A DNA stretch of 64,000 bases from Epithemia pelagica. Its lineage: Eukaryota > Protista > Bacillariophyta. Location: the NCBI GenBank assembly GCA_946965045.2, contig OX337233.1, positions 2,542,001 to 2,606,000 of the forward strand. Reading direction: 5' to 3'. The stretch's first letter is position 1. Each line of letters opens with the position of its first letter. The position numbers were made by a program, and so were the translations under genes. The notes beneath the pieces were generated by a model that did no database searches, had not been told where the DNA came from, and saw only the letters and a program-made list of their open reading frames with translations. This document shows positions 10,313 to 21,200 of this stretch, one piece after another.

Positions 10313-12231
10313 CTCCCTCCGGCTCTTTTTTATCGCACGAAGTTTTGAAAAATGACATAACGTCTCGAGCGCCAGCCCGTTGGCGCTAAAAATTATATAG
10401 ATCGAAAGCTCTTTACAAGACCTACATTTCGATGTATAATTTGTATGTTCAATCTCTCATTCCTGGAGAGTTGTGGGCAACTAAAACAGGAAAATTGACA
10501 AAGACAGACTTTTGCGTACCGGTTCTTGACCCCCAGGCCCACCCAAGCCATGCCACCTTCAGGGCAGGCCCGCAGGGGTGCAAAGTACAAGGAGTTACGG
10601 TCAGAAGACCGTGGGCGTGCGATTTCCATTCTCATGGCTTCTTGCCAGAATGGGTCCTTGCCTAGAGGTGCTCTTACATCCGTCGCCAAAATGTTTGATG
10701 TGCACCCCTCCACCATAAGTAGATTGTGGAAGCGTGCCGAGCGCACACGTGCCGAGGGCCTAATTCATTCGCCCGAAATTTCATCCGGGACAAGCTTGCG
10801 CGGACGATTTCGTATTTCTTCTTCTCCTACGGTTAGGGAAACGGTTAAATCCATCCCCCTCATGATGCGTCGATCTCAGAATCAACTCTCCGCCGTTCTG
10901 GGTGTGGCAAAATCCACGGTGCAGCGATGGATCAAGAAAGGCACTCTTCGATCACACACCAGTGCTTTGAAGCCATACCTGACAGAAACCAACAAACTGG
11001 CAAGATACCTAATGGCAACTTCATTCATCAATCCCCAGAAACCCGGTGAGTACCAAGACATGATGGATATGATACATGTGGATGAAAAATGGTTCCATGT
11101 TTCAAGGGATGGACAGCGCTTCCTGTTGACAGACGATGAAAATGACCCCCTGAGAACCTGCAAACACAAAAGCCACATCACCAAAGTGATGTTCTTGTGT
11201 GCAATTGCTCGTCCTCGCTTTGTTACAGCACTGAATCAGTGGTGGGATGGAAAACTTGGCATTTGGCCAGTTGGTGAGTGGGTTCCAGCACAGCGAAACA
11301 GCGTGAACAGGCAGAGAGGGACCCTTGTGTGGAAGAACACTTCTATCACTAGGGATGTCTACAGGGATCTACTAATGGAATGTCTCATGCCAGCTATATT
11401 GGAGAAATGGCCAGAAGCTGACAGGAACAGAAGGACCCTGAGGATTCAGCAGGACGGAGCAAAAAGTCACATTCAAGAAGGGGACATCTACTTCGTTGAA
11501 TTTCTGAGGGCCATGGAGGAGTTGGGAGTCAAGGCTGAGTTTTTCACCCAAGCTGCAAACAGTCCTGATACAAATATCTGTGACCTGGGTTTCTTTCGTG
11601 CAATCCAGAGTCATAGTTTGATTGTTGGGTCGAGTGAAGGGCAACTGATTGAGTCGGTGCTGTCTGCCTTTGCTTCATACCCTAGACAGAAACTGAACCA
11701 CACATGGCTTACCCTCCAGTCCTGTTTCAATCAAATAATTGAACAGGAAGGAGGGAATGACTACAAGATTCCACATATGAACAAACAGGGCATGGAGAGA
11801 AGGGGGGAGCTTCCCCATGTGCTGCTAGTCACAGACGCTCTCTCCAGCCCTACAAGCAGCAATCTGCAAGAGTAGAAACTAATCCTATTAGTCCTACAGA
11901 ATACCTGGTTGACCTCCAATTGAGCAAGGAGGCAACCAGGGGCTACGGCCAATGATTGTACCCATAGGATAGATCATTGTGTATTGCGTTGTTGTTGCTG
12001 CTGCTATTCGTGGTTTTTTTTGGTGGAGGGAGATTGCTGAACCGTTGAGGAGTGAAGATTGAAGGAATGGATAGATTTTGTGGCACGTGTCACAGGGTAT
12101 GTTCATCTCTAAAATTCGACTCTGAATGAGCCGGCCATCCTCCTGTAGAAATGTACCAGGTCCTACGACGGGTGTTTATGCGACTGATTTTTAGAAAAAA
12201 AATTCGTGCGATAAAAAAGAGCCGGAGGGAG
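10313..12231 (+). mobile_element. Complete Tc1/mariner-superfamily DNA transposon (plant-mariner/Stowaway-type TIR), 1919 bp
   Basis: Perfect 29-bp TIRs CTCCCTCCGGCTCTTTTTTATCGCACGAA at 10313-10341 and 12203-12231, flanked by TA at 10311-10312 and 12232-12233; the transposase ORF lies inside. Confidence 0.95.
10550..11875 (+). CDS. DDD transposase (mariner-like, intact)
   Basis: HTH region (LTSVAKMFDVHPSTISRLWKR); catalytic motifs IHVDEKWF, IQQDGAKSH and NSPDTNICDLGFF. Confidence 0.93.
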   Translation: MPPSGQARRGAKYKELRSEDRGRAISILMASCQNGSLPRGALTSVAKMFDVHPSTISRLWKRAERTRAEGLIHSPEISSGTSLRGRFRISSSPTVRETVKSIPLMMRRSQNQLSAVLGVAKSTVQRWIKKGTLRSHTSALKPYLTETNKLARYLMATSFINPQKPGEYQDMMDMIHVDEKWFHVSRDGQRFLLTDDENDPLRTCKHKSHITKVMFLCAIARPRFVTALNQWWDGKLGIWPVGEWVPAQRNSVNRQRGTLVWKNTSITRDVYRDLLMECLMPAILEKWPEADRNRRTLRIQQDGAKSHIQEGDIYFVEFLRAMEELGVKAEFFTQAANSPDTNICDLGFFRAIQSHSLIVGSSEGQLIESVLSAFASYPRQKLNHTWLTLQSCFNQIIEQEGGNDYKIPHMNKQGMERRGELPHVLLVTDALSSPTSSNLQE

Positions 12232-12442
12232 TAAGACGGGAGGGAATCAAAGAGGAGAAACAAGACATACCACATGATGGGTATTGTAATTAGGGTTCAG
12301 GCTGCGCTTCGAAGCATAGCCTTTCTGGATTCTACCGTAGTTCATCCAACCCTTCTTTACACCCCCGATGCTGAACATGAACGTTACTATGAAATTTAAT
12401 GATTGAAAATTGCCGGCCCCCAAAGTCGATTCATTTGCTTTG

Positions 12443-13017
12443 GACGACTATGTCATTCATGACTGAATCCAAGACTCAGATCCAATTTGCGATGGATACT
12501 CCAATGGAGTCGACTTGGACTCAAGAGATACTAGGGGTAGCTATGATGGCAACCAAACTGGAGTCGACATGGATTATACTTGATGCAATCAAGTAGGAAC
12601 CTAATAGATGCGTGGGACCTATTGTACTCAATCCTAGCTACCAGAAGAGATTGCTGCTTTCCTACCAAAACCAATTGGTGACAGAATCACCAGCATTTAG
12701 GTCCGGATCTACTCCTACCTCTTCTGAGTGTAGCTAGCGGTCTACTAGATAGCATAGCTACTCACTACTCATACAACCACCCGAATGTGATTCGGATGAT
12801 GGGCAGACGACTATGTCATTCATGACTGAATCCAAGACTCAGATCCAATTTGCGATGGACCAATGGAGTCGACTTGGACTCCAGAGATACTAGGGGTAGC
12901 TATGATGGCAACCAAACTGGAGTCGACATGGATTATACTTGATGCAATCAAGTAGGAGTAAGAACCTAATAGATGCGTTGTCCCTATTGTACTCAATCCT
13001 AGCTACTGAGAGATTGC
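12443..13017. repeat. Direct-repeat pair of ~210 bp (12443-12654 and 12806-13017)
   Basis: Near-identical copies GACGACTATGTCATTCATGACTGAATCC...GTACTCAATCCTAGCTAC, differing by small indels and a few substitutions; period ~363 bp. Confidence 0.9.
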
Positions 13018-13526
13018 ACAACTTTGTTTGGCTAGGTGTTAGTGACATAGTTGCTACTCTCACTAGAGGACGTGGGGAGATGTTTCGTGGGTTGGTTCGT
13101 TGGGCGTGATTCTGACGTGGAACAGCGTGGTGAAATGGTTTTTATTTAATGGATTGATAAAACAATGGATGACCGTTCTTCGATCATTGTTTTTCTTCGG
13201 GGCTGAATGCTTTTGAATAGGGGTTGGCCCGCATCGTACCGCATCGGTCAAGAAGGGATCGACGGACGAACGATGACCAAGTAAACGCACCCAAGGAGTT
13301 CCTGGAAGATTAAGTTGTGTTGGGACGGTCATTGGATGACCGACCCAACAAAGTTTCAACAATCATAAATTGTTGGAAAGAAGCTTTGTGAAGAGCACCG
13401 TTGGATTTGATCACCCATTCGGTTCTTTACATTCTTCTTTCGCTTCGGTTTTTCTCCCTGTTCGGCCGTGCCATCCACCTCTTCTTTGTCCTCGGTTTAC
13501 GTGTAATCCTCGGTTTACGTGTAACG

Positions 13527-14108
13527 ATGGGTGAGTTTGAGTGGGGAAGTACTCCGGATTCTTCGCCTTCTGTGGGGTCGTCAGGTGAGTCGGTTGTGTT
13601 TGTGACCGGGGGGGGGACCCTTCGTTCGGGTTCTCTCTTCGGTGTTGTTCGTCTCGAACAAGATACGTTCGAAGCGTCTTGTCGGGGCATAATTGGGGCA
13701 GGGCAACGCGTATGTGTTCGGGTTGGATGTTCTGTGGCTTCGCATGCCGCCAAGAAGCAAGTATGGAGCAAGTTAGTGGGCGATGACCCTTCGGGTATCT
13801 TCATTCGGGGTTCTGGTGGTTCCTCAAGTTCGGATTCTTTGGAAACCGTCTTTTGCCAACCAGTTCTTCCGGGCAATTGTATTCGTTCTATTGACTGGAA
13901 CGAGATGGAACTTAGTCCTCGCTCTCTAGAGAGCTGGCAGGCAACCTTTGCATCCCTCAAGCACGCCGCCTCCGAGGCAGGCGATGAGGTTGATCTCACA
14001 ACTGTTGCTAAAGTCATGGAAAACACCAAGGCGGAGGTAAAGTTCGTCGCGATGACCCCTAATCCTAAGAGAGTGGCTAAGCGAGGGCACGCAAACGGTT
14101 ATGAGTGA
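13527..14108 (+). CDS. YR retrotransposon ORF1a (gag-like N-terminal part, Cys/His motif)
   Basis: ATG at 13527; CRGIIGAGQRVCVRVGCSVASH possible Zn knuckle; its stop overlaps the start of the next ORF (ATGAGTGA). Confidence 0.55.
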   Translation: MGEFEWGSTPDSSPSVGSSGESVVFVTGGGTLRSGSLFGVVRLEQDTFEASCRGIIGAGQRVCVRVGCSVASHAAKKQVWSKLVGDDPSGIFIRGSGGSSSSDSLETVFCQPVLPGNCIRSIDWNEMELSPRSLESWQATFASLKHAASEAGDEVDLTTVAKVMENTKAEVKFVAMTPNPKRVAKRGHANGYE

Positions 14109-17100
14109 AATCGAGGAGGATCTAGATGTTAAACCGTCCGCGGTCGATACTCCCCAGAAGAGACGATCCGTGGTTCCCTGGCACGATGTCCCAGAAGATA
14201 TTGGCAATCAGCAAGCCACTCCCAGTGTGAAGGTCCTGCAGGGTGGCGCGTGGAGCAACTTAGTTGCTAATGTGAACACGCTGAGGTTGGAACATGAAAA
14301 GGAGAGCAAGGAAAGAGATTCGATGGAGGAATCTCTGGATGATGAGATCGAGGAGATCCACGTCAAGCTTTCGGTCATTCATGCCTTGCTGGGTGAGAGA
14401 TCCCCGGATTTCGGTACGCAGTCGGCGTTTGAGATTTTGGCAAATTGTATGACAATGATTCATTCCTTGCAGGATGCGGTCGGAAAACGTTCGGAGAAGG
14501 CAATGGATGCCGAAGTTGTGCGTCGCTTAGAGGCTGTGGATCGCAAGGTAGATCAAACAATGGCGTCATCGAAGGCACTTGTCCAAGAGGGTTTGGATAA
14601 GTTTTTTGGCGACAAGAGTGAGTTTAGACAGCAGTTTGTCAACCCGACCCTCTCTCTTCTCTCTCGTTCGTCGGTGCACAAGAGTGACCCAGGAGGCAAG
14701 TGGGCGACCATGTTCTCTGACTTGGTCACTCGGCTGGAGGTTTTGGAACAGAGCTCCACCCAGCAAGGATGGACTCAGAACACAGGAAGTGGAGGAGGCT
14801 CATTTGGATGGGGTACTTCATCTTCTAAGGTTGCTGGTTTGAGTGTTGCCCCGCAGTCTGTGAGTTTTGCTGGAGGGGAAGACGCTGACAGGATGCAGAA
14901 GGAGTTTGCTCGAATGAAGGAGGAGTTGAAAGAGTTACGGTCGGAAATGAGGGATCTCCAAGACCAGGCTGAGACGGATGCGATTGCTGTTGGATCCATA
15001 GTTTTCACAACTCGAGGGTTTTGTGTTTCCTGGATGGCCCGCCACGACGTTACTGCGGACCCGCACGTTTTCGTGGATGCAGTTTCGTTGTTATCGTTGG
15101 CAACGTCGGACGTGAGTTTGGATGAGGAGCGAGCGGCGAACCTTCGGGCCACCACGGCAAAGGTCAGAGACAAAACGCCATATCACACGGCGTATATTGC
15201 GTCGTTTAACCTTGAGGTCCCTCCGTTGCTAGGGAAAGGTGCAGACCAGTCACAGACGACGAATTCGCGGGCGCTAGGTGGGGCACCCAAATTTGAAGAC
15301 TTTCATCCACCCTCTGGTAGAGAAGGTATCCATCAGAGGATCCTGGACCACGTGAAGGACGGGAAAAGAACTCTCGAGCAAGCAATCGGCGATTTGTTTG
15401 CGTTTGGCACGGAACCGGCAAGTGTCGCCCATGAGTTGTTGCTTCAAAGCAAAACCTTTTGGGACGACCTGTGCCATTGGATCGTGCGTTACCATCAGCA
15501 GGTGCAGGCGGAAAGTGAAGCCAGTTCCCAAGAAGTCTGGATTCTGATTTCTCATTGTGTCCGCGCGATCTTTCGAAGTCTCAGAGAAGCACGGGCGCCA
15601 GGACGTGCAACAAACACACCACCTGGCATGCTGTGGGGCACCTTGCGGGCGCACGAAGTGATGAAGGCCTACCGCCAGGCGGACTTCAGTGGACATCCAA
15701 AAATAGCACTCATCTTGCATGAGCATTTGATCCGGTTCGCAACACCGCGTTCCAAGTTTGCTGCTTTGAAAACAGGTTTGGAGGATCGTCTGGATATATA
15801 TATAGTAAATTCTAGAGTTTAAGACTATCCTAGGCATGTGGCATACACAAGGTGGACTCGTCTACCGTGGCCGTAGCGACGGATTTGGATGAGGTGAATG
15901 AAATGAAAGGAGGTGTGTCAGATGGCCAAAGGAGCGGCGAACTTGGTTCGCATGGGCGGGATCTTACGACGGGTGGTTATTATCACCCTCAGTGTTGGAA
16001 ATTGAATTGGAGTGTTGGCGCCTGGAAGGTTTGAAATATTCTCGGATGTCGCGTTGTCGGTGAGGGAGGGGTAGAAATGAAACTGATGTGGTCGGTTTGG
16101 ACTGCTGGGTGCCCGGCTGTTGGACTGGGAAGAAGGTGCGGATGTCGGTAGTGTGGAGGCGAGTGTGAGTGTCCTTCCGTTGTTGGCCAAGTGCAACAAC
16201 CGGGCCGACAACTGTGATCCAATCTTTGAGCTCCGCCGTGGATGAAGTAGACAGGCGTTGGTCTAGCGGGCATTCAAACGGTGTACGATCCGCACTTAGG
16301 AGGTTTGCACTTGCTCGATAGAGTTGTCGGACCATGCTCTCCATTCTTTGTCGTGTGTGGGGGCTATCTGTGCGAAAATGTTTGTGAACACGAAGATTTC
16401 GTTGATGCCATAAATCGTAGCTGGCATGCCAGAGATGGGTCACCAGGGCAGGTGCCCAAGGCGGTGGTGGACGTTTTTGATTGGTGATGTGCGGATTGGC
16501 CTCGAGATACTGGGTCTGGTGAAGGCGCCATCCTTTTGGAATGAATCCGCGGAAAACTAGGATTGGGTCGATGTCGACAAGGTCGCCGTCGGGGGAATCA
16601 TGGGCCTCCTGTTCTGGCGGTGTGGCTAACCGTTGTTCAAAGCATGTGAGGAGATGTTCTTGGAGTGTGGGCTCCGTGTAGAGATTGGTAAGTTCGTCCC
16701 GGAGGTTGGACAGGAATTTGTCTCGCCATGGTTGGGAACTTCTACACACATACAAATGATTTTGTGTTTCATCGAGTGGGCAGCACGAACAACTGGGTGA
16801 TACTGGTTCGTATTTGGCGAGTCGGACGTTGGTGGGCAGCCAACCGGCTAAGAGTTTAACCAGGAAGGGGCGGGAGATGGACGTCTGGGAGCACGCTTGT
16901 TCAAAGGCCATCCAGTCAATGCAGTCGTGGGTTGTAGGGGTCCATTGGTATTTATGCTGGAAATACGTAGCCAATTTTTTGCCGGGGACGATCTTGCGTA
17001 AGACCTTGAGCTCATCACCGGAATGAGGGCCGTAGGCCTGAGTGACAAGGCGGATCTTGCAATTAGGAAGCAGGGGGTACCATGGTCGGTCGTTTGTCTG

Positions 17101-18206
17101 TTGGCGGTCAAGGGCGATCGTTGCCATTTCGTCGGCCAAAACATTGAGTTGGGCCAGCCTGGGAAGAAAATTAAAACTGACGGTAGCATCTTGGTGACCT
17201 TTCACGTGTTCAAAGGTGACATAGTATGGAAATACTTTGAGCACCGCAAAAATCTCGATGAATACATCAATATCATTCCTGGTGTAGACGGAGGAGTACC
17301 ACAGCTCGCCGTAGCTTCGAAGCTCATCAAACCGTTGGATAAAGCTTAGGCTGTCCGTGTGGACGAGCCATTTCTGGATGGGGTTGCCGGCGAAACCGAA
17401 GTACTGGACCGCATGCTGAAGGAAGCATAATAAACACCAGATCGACCATGTCTCGGCACGGAAAGATGACATTGGCCAGCCCGGGACTGACCCATATGCT
17501 TTGAGCCAAACGTTGGTATCATTCCCAATCACCCATCCGTAGGAACCGTTGGGGGCACGACAACCACCATCGCAGACACAATGGAGTTGATGTAGTCGGG
17601 ACGGCTGGTTGAGGAGCTGAAAGATCTGTTGCAGTCCCTGATCCGAGGCCACGAAATCAATGTTGCGGTGAAAGGGCGGCCAGTAGTGAGTGAAACTTTC
17701 CAACAGGCCGTGGGGTGCCACAGAGGGGAGGGGGAGGTCATAGATGTAGTCCAAGGCTGGAGGCACCGCGCATAATCGGCGTGGCCAGTCCACCCGGGTA
17801 GGGAAACAGTTGGGGGGGAGCTTGGTAATGGGATGGAGTTTAGGAATGTCAATATGCCGGTCATAAAGCGCGGAGCACACCCCGTCGGGAGAAGTGTAAT
17901 ATCTTATAAAGAAATTGCCTTCACCTCGGATCAATAACTGGTCTGTTTCAAAATGATAATAAGCTGGCCATAGTCTCTCCGTAGATTGCGGTAGCCATTT
18001 TTCCAAACGTTCACTAAGAGTGTCGGTGTGGGCGTTTCGGCAAAAAGTGCGACGGAGGAACCGACGGAAGATCTGCCACTGGGCGGGGCCTGGGCATTGT
18101 TGAATAGGCCATAATTCCTGGTCGAGAGGATCGTCTGGATAAGTTGCAACGATCAGTGAACTCTGTAGTGTCGTCCAATAACAAAGGATCGGCCAAGAAA
18201 GCGTGA
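14101..18206 (+). CDS. YR retrotransposon gag-like ORF1b, split by the LINE; reconstructed as join(14101..15796,18142..18206), 586 aa
   Basis: Removing 15797-18141 (the LINE plus one TSD copy) gives an open frame ...GLEDRLD-KLQRSVNSVVSSNNKGSAKKA* (stop 18204-18206). The protein is rich in coiled coils. Confidence 0.75.
15797..18125 (-). mobile_element. 5'-truncated non-LTR retrotransposon (LINE with RNase H, Ambal/L1-like), inserted antisense in the YR element
   Basis: 16-bp TSD GAGGATCGTCTGGATA at 15781-15796 and 18126-18141; (TA)n 3' tail at ~15797-15803 on the minus strand; stop at 15964 followed by a ~167-bp 3' UTR. Confidence 0.92.
15964..18125 (-). CDS. LINE ORF2 C-terminal fragment: RNase H and CCHC-type Zn knuckle
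   Basis: RNase H motifs CVCDGG, SSFRAET, VHTDSLS, HVKGHQD and LNVLADEMA; Zn knuckle CSCCPLDETQNHLYVC. The first ~66 aa of the tracked 785-aa ORF are antisense host-element sequence (YPDDPL is the TSD). Confidence 0.88.
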
Positions 18207-18218
18207 TATGATGAGATC

Positions 18219-21200
18219 GTGAAAAATGACGGCGGTCGGAAGCGAAAGGCGGTTGAAGTGTTGGATGTTGAAGCGATGAATGAAGAAAAGAGCGAAGACG
18301 AGAGTGATAACAGCTCGTCAAAGTTTAATTGTTATGTAGAAAGACCGGCGTTTTGCCTCTCGCCTGTTGGAGTGGAGGAGCGAAAGATTACTCGCTTAAA
18401 AGTAGGCAAGGGTGATTGTAAGATTGGATTGGCGAGCGGTGGAACCCCCTTTTGGTTTTGGGCGGTGTCATCGCTCGGCCATGTGAAATGGATTGATACG
18501 CCGGAAGAGAAGGTATCCGGTGGTGAGACTGGCTCGTCAGGTTGGGCGAAGTTGGCGATTATACGGGAAAGCAAATTGACGAGAAATAAGGGAACCAAGA
18601 AAATGAGAATTGCGGTACGGCGGCCACAATCCTGGAAGGATCGACCCGATGTTGATATTGTTTTGTTCGATGGGGGTTGGACGCCAACCCCGCGTCATTC
18701 GGTATGGAAAATGCCGACGGTACAGGTGGTTTGTTGGATTGGAGGTCGACAAGGAGCAGGACCGTATCGTCATGATGCAAATTGGACCACGACGGTAATT
18801 CGGTTACGACACGACGAATTGGGCGGCGTTACGACACAAGAATCCTTAATTCATGTGGCTGAGCGGGTGGTTGAAGGTAGACCGCATCGATTTGTTGATT
18901 GTTGGAGGAACTTTGTGGAGCCAGGTTTGGAAAACACGACGATGAGTGGTGTGGTGGACCCAACGATCAATGGGCAGGATTGGCCAGCTCCTTCAGCATA
19001 TGACCCGATGAAGGAAGGTGTCAATATCGTACACCGCAAAATGAATTGGAAAAAGGATCGACATCGAATGCATGTGTTGCCAAGTGTGTTTACAACATCG
19101 TGTCATGTCAAACGTCGGCTTTCACCAAAAGAATTAGCTATCGCTCTGGACTTCCCAGCAGAGCTCCACAAACATGGATCGTCGGAGGAGTTGAATTGTT
19201 GGTTAGATGAACTCTTGGTTCCATTCAAGTGTCGAGTTCAGGTGGCGCTCTCATTACGAGAATGGATGAGTGGTACCCAGGAGGAACAAGAGAACGAACC
19301 ATTGGATCAGGACTCGATGGATCAGGCCGGGAAACGAGATTTGGGGACAAGCTCTGAAGAAGCACGAATGACGGAAGCTGAAGCCTTGTATTCAGCACCT
19401 GACAGTGAGGAAGGAGTTGGTTCATTGAATGTTGAGGAACGACGTGAGGATCGAAATCTCAAAGCGACAAAGTCAGACGATGCGGAAATCCCGACTTACC
19501 TGTGGGATGATCGTATTTGTGACAAATTGGGAATTCGAGATGTGAGGAAGCAAGCGGAGTGCATCAAGGCGCTGAACGTAATCAGAGGGGCCGCACTAAG
19601 GTACTGGAAGCGACGGGTTTGTTCGGACTTTTGGTCGTGGTGGCGGTTTCAGCGTTTTGATCAGGACAATGGCGACACTACGTTGAGAGATCGCACTTGG
19701 CAGGCCGGATTGAGCGCTTTGTCGCACGCATCCCAAGCCTCATGGTGGGATTGGGACAAGGGGTCGTCCCCATTTTTCTGGAGGATGCCGGATCCTCAAT
19801 GGCTACGCGATATGCGGGACGGGATAGCACCCATGTGGATAGGTGAACCCCCGTCGTATCGCAGGAGGCAGCAAGCCAATCCAGACGAGAAGCAAAGAGC
19901 CTTCGAAAAGAAGAAACTGACGAAGGTGAGATCGCGAGGATATATTGCTCCAACCAACGGCATTAAATCCTTGACAAGCTTCTTTTCTGTCCCTAAAGGA
20001 GAGGACGACATCCGCATGGTATACGATGGTACCAAAAGCGGACTGAACGACTCCCTGTTCGCACCTTGGTTTGGGTTAGGCAACGTGAATTCCATGTTGC
20101 GTACAGTGGAGTCAAGAACATGGTCAGCAGACAACGATTTCGGTGAGATGTTTCTCAACTTTTGGTTGCATCCGGATTTGAGAGCATACACAGGCATTGA
20201 TATTACTGACCTTTTCCCCGAAGAGTTGAAGAACCGTTACGGACGGACTCGATTATGGGAAGCATGGACGAGATGCGCCATGGGTCTGACAACATCACCA
20301 TATCAAGCGACACAAAACGCACAACGAGTAAAGAGACTCATTTTTGGGGATAAGTTAGACCCGAAAAACATCTTTGGATGGGTGAACGTTCGGTTGAACT
20401 TACCAGGTGACGCAGATTATGACCCAAGCGTGCCATGGGTTAGTAAGATTCGAGACGACGGCGTCATCGCAGCTGATGTCCACCCATATGTGGACGATTT
20501 GCGAGAGACGGCACCATCAGAGGAAGAAGCTTGGGCGGCTGCAAGCAAGATGGCGAAAGGAGCGTCCTTTTATGGTTTGCAGGATGCAGCAAGGAAGCGC
20601 AGGCCTCCGAGTAAAACGCCTGGCGCATGGGCCGGAGCTGTAGTGGGAACGGATGAGAAGGGGCAGGTGTACAAAACGGTGTCCCAGGAGCGCTGGAAAA
20701 AGACAAAGGGCCATATAAACACTCTCAAGCAGTGGGCCGAAGAAGGAGGAAAGATTGATCGCAAAGAATTGGAGAGAGTTAGAGGCTTTCTGGTTTATGT
20801 TTCTTTGACGTTTGACACAATGGTACCTTACCTTAAGGGAATCCATCTCACGTTAGAAACTTGGCGGTCAGATAGAGATGCGGAGGGTTGGCGACTTCCG
20901 GAAAAGGATCGTCAAAAGAGGAAGCTTAGCGAGTTGAACAAGAGCGAGGGACCGCCAAAGAAGGTGGATCCTGCTCCTCGTTTTGCTAGCGATGTCGCAG
21001 CCTTAGTGGAATTGACGAGAGACGAATCGCCGCCCAGGATCTTGGCTCGCCCAACAAAGGGAGCGAAAGCAGCGATTATCTTCGGAGATGCCTCTGGGGA
21101 GGGTTTTGGCTCGTCGCTCTGGCTGTATGGATCGCAGACCGTGGAGACAGAACACGGATTATGGACCAAGGCATATGGTGGCCGGTCTTCAAATTACCGA

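Noticed and set aside
12443-13017. Repeat pair as a CRISPR array or as LTRs of an LTR retrotransposon
   Set aside because: Only two ~210-bp units, no short-repeat/spacer structure, and no PBS/PPT, TG..CA ends or integrase.
15964-18321. 785-aa minus-strand ORF as a genuine antisense gene of the YR element
   Set aside because: The TSD pair shows that only 15797-18125 is LINE; the first ~66 codons are fortuitously open antisense gag/pol sequence.
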